Assembly (NCBI GenBank): GCA_039621445.1
Contig: CP154954.1
Location: forward strand, 36,751,703-36,815,702
Direction of reading: 5' to 3'
From: Euglena gracilis
Taxonomy: Eukaryota
Length of the DNA: 64,000 nt
In this document: in pieces, positions 12,343 to 22,600 of the stretch
How positions within the stretch are numbered: position 1 is the first letter of the stretch
How the letters are laid out: each line of letters opens with the position of its first letter
Notes under the pieces: generated by a model
The model's database searches: none
Told to the model about the DNA's origin: nothing
Seen by the model: the letters and a program-made list of their open reading frames with translations, nothing else
Translations under genes and position numbers: made by a program

Positions 12343-13079
12343 ATGGTGTGTTTTCCCTCATTATTTTGCATCTTTGCCCACCGGTACATTCAGGTTCTCT
12401 CCACCATGAAGTTCGACTTCGACGTGTCTGCTGCCCATGCCAGCCCAGCACCCACCCCCACCTGCCTGCCCAGTGCCCGATGCTACCTCAACAGTTGTGC
12501 ATGTTGTTCGCAGATCGCAGATGTGCATGTTTTTGGCAAACGCTCGCGCGCGCACACACAGACACACACACACACACACACACACAATGAAGGTTCAGCG
12601 TCCAACGCACGGCACATGCAGTCCACCAGGGTTCGCATTTTTTCCCCAGTTGGGTATGTTGCCAAGGAGCACTGAAGGCAGCGGCAACCACAGGAGCGCA
12701 GAAGCAGCAGCAACAGGAGCGCAGGAGCAGCAGCGCCTCCGGCCTGGCGTCCCCATCATTTTGGGGTTGGTTTGATTTAGCAGAGGTGTGGTGAAGGCTA
12801 CAACGGGTTGGGCCAGCGGTTAATTTAAAGAAATTTATCACCAAGATGCAGGGGGGGGGCACATTTTTTTTGTCTTTTGAAAACGCCACCGATCCCTCAG
12901 TTTGTACCATCCCACCGATGCCCTCGGGGCAGGTGAATTTGGTGTGTTCATAGAGAAGCCATGTGGCTTGTTCCTGTTGCCAATTTCCTGTGAAATTTCC
13001 TGTGAAATTTGTTCTCAGTTTTGTGATATTTGATTTTCATTTTTAAGATTTGTGAAAATTTTTTGATTTTTTCCCATGT

Positions 13080-13800
13080 GGGCGGGGTTGCAGCCTGCCC
13101 ATATGCCTCCCCACCACCAGACACATGATGTCCCGAGGCATTTATGATCCCCAGCCAGACAATGGGTGAAAGGTGGTTAGTGGTGGCCAATGGTCAACTG
13201 CTTCTGGCCGTGTTCTTGGCCTGCTTTCCTGCTCTTTCTGCCCTTCTTCCTTCGTTCACCCTGGCCACCTCCTTTTGACGCGGTCTTGCGTCGTTCTGCA
13301 GCGCTTCAGCAGCTTTGAAGCAGTTTTGCCACCTTGGACCTGTCTTGAGGGCTTTGGTCTTGCACTTGCTGTGGTTCAGCTTTGGCTGCTTTGGACCTCT
13401 TTCCGCTTCGCAGTGGCCATCTTGGCCACATTGGGCCCTGCTCACCGTGCTTTGGCTGCAAAGGCAGCCAAAAGGTTTGCTTTGGCCAGCTTGAGTTTCT
13501 ACCAGTGCTCTATCTGCTCCTCACATCTTGTGCCTGTTTTCTTTGGCCACCCTGTTTGTTTCTTGGGTCGTGCCAGAAACAAGGCCATTGTATGAGGTTT
13601 AGGTTCAGGCATTGGATGATAAGTGCCTCGCCATGCCATGCATTTGATTTGATCCACTGACCAATGTTGATGTTGTCTCCTGATGTTTGGTGGTGGGTGG
13701 CATTGGGCCTGGGCAGACAATGCCGGCTGTGTTGACACACCACATCTGTTTTGTGTTTTTTTTTTGCAGCAACACACTTCCAGAACAGAGCAGTTGGTTC
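13080..13800 (-). pseudogene. Decayed coding remnant: K/A-rich stretch followed by MPRDIMCLVVGRHMGRLQP motif
   Basis: Minus strand reads EHW*KLKLAKANLLAAFAAKAR*AGPNVAKMATAKRKE with stops. The terminal motif is shared with remnants at ~3800, ~34170, ~41540, ~51440 and ~56620. Confidence 0.35.
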
Positions 13801-15179
13801 CACCAGAACCCAACCCCCAGTGGGAAAGAACCTCTAAGTGGTGGCTGTGTGCTTAGTCTGGGCGCGCTTTTTTTTCAGTCTAATTAGTTCAAGTGCCCCC
13901 CCCCCCCCCTCCCCGTGCGATGAAATGGACCCCTCCTCTGTGGGGACTGAACCAAAGGGTTGGCCGTCCGTTTTGGTGGGGCAGCATGGGTTGAAGCCGT
14001 ACACAGAGAAACAGGCACCAATGCTTTGCACTCTGGGATGGGCAACACCGGGGTCGCCAGAAGGCAGCCCCGCCGCAGCCGCTGGCAGAGTGGCGGAGGC
14101 GGGCGGGCCGGAGCAGCATGCGCCCAGCCGCGACGGCGAAGATGAGGCGTGCGCGTGTGGGGAGGTGTTTGGGTTTCCGTGTGAGGAGTTTTTTTTTTGT
14201 GGGGGGCTGGACTCCCCCCTCCGCTCCGGAATTTTTTTGGGTGTTTTTTGGCCTAAATCCATTGCTTTTGAGGCAGTTTTCCCTCGGTGTCTCCAGAGCA
14301 ACCGACTCCCCCCAGGTGGGGGGAGGGTGGGAAATGAGTGATTGGTTTTGAAAAGTGGCTGACCGGTTTTTTTTTCTGAAGTGGATGGTGACCTCGTTTC
14401 AAATGAACGACAGTTTTTTGAACATCATTCTGGTCTCCCCGTGAGCCCCTGCAAATTGTCGGCACTTGACAGTGAAATTTTTTTTAAAAAAGGCCCAGCA
14501 TATATTTTTCCTCCAAAAAAAGGGAAATCGTTTTGATGGGCAGGCAGTCATTGGTTGGGCTGCGGCCAGCTGTGGCCCAACCAAAACCGCAATCTTATCA
14601 AAATTTTCGAGTTTGTTGGGCTTCACTTGGCATTCTTTCATTCTCTATCCTTGCCAATTCTTCTTTTTGCTGAAACGGAGGGCCTCACTTTCAGGGGGGT
14701 GTGGCTGTGCATGTGTTTGAATGTGTCTTTGATGGTGCCCCCCCCCCACCGTTCATCTCCCCATTCTCCTCTCCCCCTCAGGGCTTCTCATACGCCCCTG
14801 CCACACTCGACGGACCGTTCTTCCCAGAGAAGGTGTGGCACTGCTGTTATGCGGCCAAGGAGTGCTGACCTCACAAATGGCAGGCGTTTTCCTTTTGAGG
14901 GCGATGCCAGTTGTGTGTTGCCCTGCTTGTTGGCCAAAGGAGCGGTTCGGCAGTCCAGGGCTCTAACAGGTGGGGAGAAGGGCCACTGGAGGCACCAATT
15001 CATCCCGAAAAATTCCTGAAGTTTGCAATTCGGGGGTGTGGTTCCGGTAATAATGGGGTTTCCATGACGGGGAACCCAGCTTGGTCCCTGGGGCGGGCAC
15101 CCCCCCAGGCACCTCTCACCACCCTTGGCATTTTGCCATTTCGGCCCAAGATTTTTCCAGTGTGGAAAATGCTTTGCAT

Positions 15180-16000
15180 TGATGATGTGGTTTTCTTTGA
15201 GAAGTTTGGTTGATCAATTTGGGACCCCCAGTTAATCGCGGTTAATTGTTTATTCCCCGCTTTGGCCACCCTCTGTGGGGGTCCAGGCAGCACCTCTTTC
15301 CCAGCCGGTTCTCAAATTGGTGTGAAATCCAATTTTCAGTAGTGGGTATGCCTGATTTTGGAAAAAAATTTTCCACATCTTGGGTTCGGTCGATTTGGCG
15401 ACCGAAAATGTGGTGTTCCCCCGCTGGTCCAAACCACCCCCTGTGCATGTGACGCTCCTTCCGCACCTTCTGCAGATCCATTGCAAGAAATGATGATTCA
15501 TTGAGATTGAGCAATCACCATGCTTCGGACGAAACCTGATTTTGAAACAATTGAATATTTGGAAGACGATGACGCAGATTCGGATGACGGTTGTTATGAA
15601 GGTGATGTCTCTCACCACGTCAAAAGGGACAATATTGAGTGTTTTTGATTCAGCAAAAAAAGGCACGAGGTTTGTCGAAAATCGAAAACAACCAACCAAT
15701 TTTGTTTTACCAATTTTTTGACACCCATTTTATTTTTGCCAGTCAATGGGAACCAAAATGTTGTAAAATGTGACACAAAGCTTTTGAAGCAGCCCTCGTT
15801 GGGGAACAATTGGAAAAGGGCAACCCTGTGTTGGGGGATGCAAACAGGGAATTGGCAATCGGTGAATTGGATGAAATACTGGATCATTTTTTGAAATGTG
15901 AGATTCAGGCAAGCTTTCCAGGAAAAGAACAGGAAAGATGTGTTTTAGAGAATTGGGAATGCCATCCACCACAAAGGTGTGTGTGCTTGACCACAAGCAT
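15180..16000 (+). pseudogene. Dispersed repeat with decayed exon-like acidic coding sequence
   Basis: After ccttctgcag: ...MLRTKPDFETIEYLEDDDADSDDGCYEGDVSH, then ...HKAFEAALVGEQLEKGNPVLGDANRELAIGELDEILDHF, with stops and frameshifts. Partial copies at ~6740-7730, ~8710-9185 and ~17690-17980. Confidence 0.5.
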
Positions 16001-16200
16001 TTGAGTGGGGTATTTGAAATTCGATCGAAGGTTGGAGACAAAGGGGGGGGGGCTGGGGTGCGCTCTTGCCCAGGATGAGAGGTCAGCAAACCCCGAATTG
16101 ACCCCCGCCAGTTTGCAATTGGGGGACATTTGTTCAAACGGTTCCGGCAACAATGGGGTTTTTGGGGGGTGGGGAACCCAGCCGACCTGTTCCCGGGGGC

Positions 16201-17665
16201 CAAGCACCTATAGCTAAAATGGCCTAAAATGGCCTGAAATGGCTTTTTGACCCCCTGTAGGTGGGGGTCCATAAAATGGCTGCCTAAAATGGCCTAAAAT
16301 GGCCTAAAATGGCCTAAAATGGGAAAATTTTTGTTGCACAACAATTTATTTAATTTAAACCACAAATAATCACGCCGAAAGATCAAATGACCTAAACAAC
16401 CACAAACAATTATGAATGAGATTCTCTCTTGTTTATGAACGTCTTCAGAGGGTTTTCTTTCTAGAGTTAAGTTTCTCCAAGGGGGAAACCAAACACGGAG
16501 AAGAGAGTTTTGCCCTTTGATCTCTGCAATCGCCAAACAGGGCCCAAAATGGCTAAAACAATGCCAAAATCAAATTGAATTTCACCAGGCAACAGTATCA
16601 AATTTGGCGTTGGACCGAAAATCCCCAAATGCTGTCTGAGGTTGGGGGTGGGTTATGGCGGGGGTCTCTTATATTTGGTGGGAGGTTCAGGCTTGGGAGT
16701 CAATCTGCAGTTACCAACTTTGTATGCATGACCCCCCCAGCGTTTGGCTCTCCTCCTCCTTCCATGCAAACATGGTTCCTTAATTTGTGTGTCTTGGCCC
16801 CCCATTTTTTTTCAAAAACTTTGGCCTTTTTTTGTGCAAAGCCTGCTGGAAGTTTGACACTCGTGCAAATTTACTCTCTCATCATCACGTCATAGTGGCC
16901 TGTGAAATGCCCGACAAAAAAAAGTCTCCACTCATTACCCTCAATTACCCCACCTTCTCGAGTTAAACCCCTCAAAATTGGGTATTTATCTGTTATCGCA
17001 CGACATACCCCCCCCCCCTTTCGGTTATCGCACGACGCCTTATTTTTAGGTTTTATAGGGTTATTTGAAGGAATAGGGTTAGGTGCGCACATGCAATGTT
17101 GCGCTACATGGCCACGTTGCGCTACATGGCCATGTTGCGCTACATGGCCATGTAGCGCAACGTGGCCATGTAGCGCAACGTAGCATGTGCGCACCTAACC
17201 CTATTCCTTTAAATAACCCTAAATAACCCCAAAAAAGGGTGTAGTGCGATAACCGAAAGGGGGGGGTATGTCGTGCGATAACAGATAAGTACCCAAAATT
17301 GCTCCACACACAACACACAACCTGAAACTTTGGGAAACATAGATTTTGGACCAGATGGGAAAAATATAAGCCACGTGCAGACAGTGAAGATGAATTATTC
17401 CCCAGAAAAGTCAGAAACTTCTTTTTTCGAAATCCCTTAAAATGGTATAGATTTCACAAAATACAAAAAAACTGGACGCTTTTTTGGCAGCACAAAATAA
17501 AATCTTTTAATATTTGTCCAAAATTTTTTTCCTGAAAATTTTTCATTGCCATAAATTCTTACTGTTCAGAATTCCTCTATGGGGATGAATTAAGATTTGT
17601 TGAGCTTCCCGTGGTTTTGATCTAGTTCTCATGAATTTTGCATGCTTTTTTGGATGTACATTACT
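16201..17665. mobile_element. Truncated relative of the 2.8-kb CAAGCACCTATAG element
   Basis: Same left end caagcacctatagctaaaatggcct... as at 60195. 17520-17660 resembles 62660-62800 (catgcttttttggatgtaca). Right TIR absent. Confidence 0.7.
16981..17293. mobile_element. Palindromic Merlin-like MITE
   Basis: Whole element is an imperfect hairpin. TIR GGTA(T/C)TTATCTGTTATCGCACGAC. Perfect 8-bp TSD CAAAATTG. Central 18-bp repeats gttgcgctacatggccat. Confidence 0.9.
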
Positions 17666-17991
17666 CATTACTGATTCCAATCCAATCAAAATCCAATTTT
17701 CAGCAGTAGGTATGCCTGATTTTTGGAAAATTTTTTCCATACCTTGGGTTCGGTCAATTTGGCAACCGAAAATGTGGTGTTCCGCCACTGGTCCAAACCA
17801 CACCCTATGCATGTGACGCTGCTTCCGCACCTTCTGCAGATCCATTGCAAGAAATGATGATTCATTGAGATTGAGCAATCACCATGCTTCGGACGAAACC
17901 TGATTTCGAAACAATTGAATATCTGCAAGGCGATGACGCAGATTCAGACGACGATTGTTATGAAGGTGCTGTCTCTCACCAGCAAAATGCT

Positions 17992-18100
17992 TACCTCCCC
18001 CCCCCCATGCCTAATGAACACCCTTGCCCAATGAACAGGGGGTGTTCGGACCGTCTAGATTGTCACCTTAGTGTTCATTGGGCTTGGGGAGGGGGAGGTA
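17992..18100. mobile_element. Short TA-flanked MITE
   Basis: TACCT(C)nATGCCTAATGAACAC ... GTGTTCATTGGGCTT(G-rich)AGGTA. Internally deleted form of 50801-50986. Confidence 0.85.
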
Positions 18101-18863
18101 CAATTTTGGGCGTCAATCGGGGGGGGGGGGGCATGGCGGCGTGATTTTCGGGGCCAGATTGCCTCAATGCCAGGAAATGGGGTGCGCCAAAACGCCCCAC
18201 CAGCCCCCGGGACCAGGTCAGCTGGGTTCCCCACCCCCCTAAACCCCAGAATCAGCCGAGCCACTGCTGGTCACCACCCCACAATCGCAAAAGTTTGCCT
18301 TTGTGTAATTTGGGACCATCTGTGTGACGTCAAAAGGCAGGGTTTTTGGTTCGTGAAGGAACAGGGTCAGGGTTAGTGTCAGAGACCCAGTCCGGGGGAT
18401 GGTGGCACGTTTTGGCACCCCGCATTTCTTGGCATTCAATCTGGCTTTGAAAACCACGCCTCCCGCCCCCCTTTCAACAGCTGAAAATTTTCAATATTTT
18501 GCAATTCGGGGGGTTGAGCAGCGCTGTATCCCCCCAAAATCTGACATTTTTTTGAATCAATCGGGGCATGCTGTGTGTCAAAACGGGTACTTGTCTGTTA
18601 GTCGATCCACGGCAAAACAGGTCGATCCACACCTATTTTGGCCTACTTTGGGTCACTGATGTATTTTAGGTCACTGGAAAGCACATAACAGGGTCAGAAG
18701 ATACGGCTGGTGTCGACACAGGGTCTAGAGAGTTAGGGTCAGGGTCAGGGTCAGGGTTTAGGGTTAGGGTTCTGGGTTCGGGTTTGGGTTTAGGGTTGGG
18801 TTTTGGTTTAGGTAAACCCTAACCCTAACCGTAACCCTTACCCAAAACCCAAAACCCTAACCG

Positions 18864-19056
18864 TAACCCCCCCCCCCCTAGTCGTACGACCACCCCTCAT
18901 TTACGACCACCCCCCAGCCACAGGTTGCAGGTCATGGGGGTGTTATGACCACCTCCCCCGGTCACAGGTTGCAGGTTATGGGGGTGTTACGACCACCCCC
19001 CCCCCCCCGGTCACAGGTTGCAGGAACCCGGTCGTACGACTAGGGGAGGGGGGGTA
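18864..19056. mobile_element. TA-flanked MITE (CTAGTCGTACGACC family), nested
   Basis: TAA(C)nTAGTCGTACGACC ... GGTCGTACGACTA(G-rich)TA. Interrupted copy at 35300-36499. Confidence 0.85.
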
Positions 19057-19256
19057 ACCCTAAACCGTGACCCTAACCCTTACTCTCTAGACAACCCTCT
19101 CTGTGCCGACACCAGCCGTATCTTCTGACCCTTTTTTTTGTGCTTTCCCTGTCCATTAGTGACCCAAAGAGGGCCAAAAATAGGGTTAGGGATAGGGTTA
19201 GGGAAAGGGTTAGGGTTATGGTCACATTGCCCTAACCCTAAACCTAACCCTAACTC

Positions 19257-19491
19257 GGTACTTGTTCGGTAAGGGACCGCCAGTGAAATTTCTCTAAGTC
19301 GGTTATCATGGGGTTAATTGAAGGAGTAGGGTTAGGTGCGCACAAGGCCATTTTGCGCTACATGGCCATGTTGCGCAACATGGCCATGTAGCGCAAAATG
19401 GGCATGTGCGCACCTAACCCTACTCCTTCAATAACCCTAAAAATTCCGACTTAGAGAAATTTCACTGGCGGTCCTTTACCGAACAAGTACC
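19257..19491. mobile_element. Palindromic Merlin-like MITE, nested
   Basis: TIR GGTACTTGTTCGGTAA(G/A)GGACCGCCAGTGAAATTTCTCTAAGTCGG. Perfect TSD CCTAACTC. Core shared with 16981-17293. Confidence 0.92.
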
Positions 19492-19663
19492 CCTAACTCT
19501 GCAGACCCTGTGCCGACACCAGCCGTATCTTCTGACCCTGTTTTGTGCTTTCCCTGTCCCTCAGTGACCCAAAGTAGGCCAAAAATAGGAGTAGGCCAAA
19601 AATAGGTGTGGATCGACTAACAGACTTGATGCACTGCCGTGGATCGACTGACAGACAAGTACC

Positions 19664-22600
19664 CCAAAACGTGCGACCAGCCCCCGGGACCAGGTCAGCT
19701 GGGTTCCCCACCCCCAAAAACCCCATAATGACTGGAACCAATGCCGAAAATACCCCACAATAGCAAAATGTTGGCAATTTTTTTTGGTATAACAAAAATC
19801 GGGGCGGAAGGGGAGGTGGCGTGGTTCAAAGGACCAGATACCATTTTTTTTTGGTTTAAATCAGGGCAAAAGGGGGGGGGGTGCCGTGGTTCTCGGGACC
19901 AGATTGCCTCAATGCCAGGTACTGGGGGGTGACAAAACGTGCGACCAGCCCCCGGGACCAGGCCAGCTGGGTTCCCCACACCCCAAAACCCCACAATAAC
20001 TGAAACCACTGCTGAAAATACCCCACGATAGCAAAATTTTGGCAATTTTTTGGTATAAATCGGGGGGGGGGGGGCTTGGTTTCAAGGACCAGATTGCCTC
20101 AATGCCAGGAATTGGGGGGTGCTAAAACGTGCGGCCAGCCCCTGGGACCAGGTCAGCTGGGTTCCCCACCCCCCAAAACCCCACAATAACTGGAACCAAT
20201 GCCGAAAACACCCCACAGTTGCAAAATTTTGGCATTTTTTTTATTACAAATCAGGGCGGAAGGGGGGGGGCGTGGTTCTCGGGACCAGATTGCCTCAATG
20301 CCAGGAATTGGGGGGTGCCAAAACGTGCGGCCAGCCCCCGGGACCAGGTCAGCTGGGTTCCCCACCCCCAAATCCCCACAATAATTGAAGCCACTGCTGA
20401 AAATACCCCACGATAGCAAAAGTTTTGGCAATTTTTTGGTATAAATCGGGGCGGAAGGGGAGCTGGCGTGGGGGGCAAAAGGGGGGGTGCCGTGGTTCTC
20501 GGGACCAGATTGCCTCAATGCCAGGTACTGGGGGGTGACAAAACGTGCGACCAGCCCCCGGGACCAGGTCAGCTGGGTTCCCCACCCCCAAAAACCCCAA
20601 AATAACTGAAACCACTGATAGTGAACACCCCAAAATAGCAAATATTTCGCAATTTTTTTGGTATAAATCGGGGCGGAAGGGGGGGGGGGGCGTAGTTTTT
20701 AAAGGACCAGGTTGGCTCAATGCCAGGAATTGGGGGGGTGCCAAAACGTGCGACCAGCCCCCGGCACCGGGTAAGCTGGGTTCCCCACCCCCAAAACCCC
20801 AAAACCCACTGCTGAACCAACTGCCCCCACAATAGCAAAATTTTCAATTTTTTGGGCGTTATAATCGGGGCGGGGGGGCGTGGGGGCGTGATTTTCGGGG
20901 CCAGATTGCCTCAATTGCCAGGAAATGGGGGGTGCCAAAACGTCCCACCAGCCCCCGGGACCAGGCCAGCTGGGTTCCCCAACCCCAAAAACCCCATGAA
21001 ATAATCAGGAAACCACTGCTCACCCCCCCAAATAGCAAAATTTTCACAATTTTTGGGTGCTATCGGGGGGGCGGGGGGGGGGGCGTGGTTTTCGGGCGTG
21101 ATTTGGCCATGCCGCCAGGAATGGGGGTTGCCAAAACGTGCGACCAGCCCCCGGGACCAGGTCAGCTGGGTTCCCCACCCCCAAAACCCCACAATAATTG
21201 AAACCACTGCTGAAAATACCCCACGATAGCAAAATTTTTGCAATTTTTTTGGTATAAATCGGGGGGGGGGGCCGTGGTTTCAAGGACCGGATTGCCTCAA
21301 TGCCAGGAATTGGGGGGTGCCAAAACGTGCGGCCAGCCCCTGGGACCAGGTCAGCTGGGTTCCCCACCCCCCAAAACCCCACAATGACTGGAACTACTGC
21401 TGAAAACACCCCGCAATAGCAAAATGTTGGCATTTTTTTATTACAAATCAGGGCGAAGGGGGGGGGGCGTGGTTTTCGGGACCAGATTGCCTCAATGCCA
21501 GGAATTGGGGGGTGCCAAAACGTGCGGCCAGCCCCCGGGACCAGGTCAGCTGGGTTCCCCACCCCCCAAAACCCACAATAATTCAAGCCACTGCTGAAAA
21601 TACCCCACAAATAGCAAAATTTTCACAATTTTTTGGTATAAATCGGGGCGGAGTGGGGGCGTGGGGGCGTGATTTTCAAGGGGCCAGATTGCCTCAATGC
21701 CAGGAAATTGGGGGGTGCCAAAACGTCCCAGCCCCCCCCGGGAGCTGGGTTCCCCACCCCCCAAAACCCCACAATAACTGAAACCAATGCTGAAAACACC
21801 CCGCAATAGCAAAATGTTGGCAATTTTTTTGGTATAAATCGGGGCGGAAGGGGGGGGGCGTGGACCAGATTGCCTCAATGCCAGGAATCGGGGGGGGGGG
21901 GGAGTGCCAAAACGTGCGGAGGGACCAGGTCAGCTGGGTTCCCCACCCCCAAAAACCCCACAATAACTGAAACCACTGCTGTTCAACGCCCCCCAAATAG
22001 CAAAATTTTTTGGCAATTTTTTGGGTATAAATCGGGGGCGGCGTGGGGGCGGGGGGCGTGGGGGCGTGATTTTCGGGGGGAGAGTGCCTCAATGCCAGGG
22101 AAATGGGGGGGCCAAAAAACGTCCCACCAGCCCCCGGGACCAGGTCAGCTGGGTTCCCCACCCCCCAAAAACCCATGAATATCAGCACCACTGCTGCTCA
22201 ACGCCCCCCAAATAGCAAAATTTTCACAATTTTTGGGTGTTAATCGGGGGGGGGGGGCGTGGGGGCGTGATTTTCGGGGCCAGATTGGCTCAATGCCAGG
22301 AAATGGGGTGCGCCAAAACGTCCCACCAGCCCCCCGGGACCAGGTCAGCTGGGTTCCCCACCCCCCAAAAACCCATGAATGTCAGCACCACTGCTGCTCA
22401 ACGCCCCCCAAACAGCAAAATTTCACAATTTTTGGGCGTTAATCAGGGAGGTGGGGGGCGTGGGGGCGTGATTTTCGGGGCCAGATTGGCTCAATGCCAG
22501 GATATGGGGTGTGCCAAAACGTCCCACCAGCCCCCGGGACCAGGTCAGCTGGGTTCCCCACCCCCCAAAACCCCATGAATATCAGCACCACTGCTGCTCA

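Larger units (their letters stand above)
18586..19663. mobile_element. Merlin-like element with telomere-like tracts and nested MITEs
   Basis: TIR GGTACTTGTCTGT(T/C)AGTCGATCCACGGCA at both ends. Flanks tcaaaacg / ccaaaacg (7/8). Same family as 7846-8341. TTAGGG-like then CCCTAA-like tracts at 18730-18868 and 19181-19256. Confidence 0.85.

Noticed and set aside
18730-18870. True telomere or end-to-end chromosome fusion
   Set aside because: The repeats are short, degenerate, and enclosed by TIRs and a TSD-like duplication of a dispersed family.
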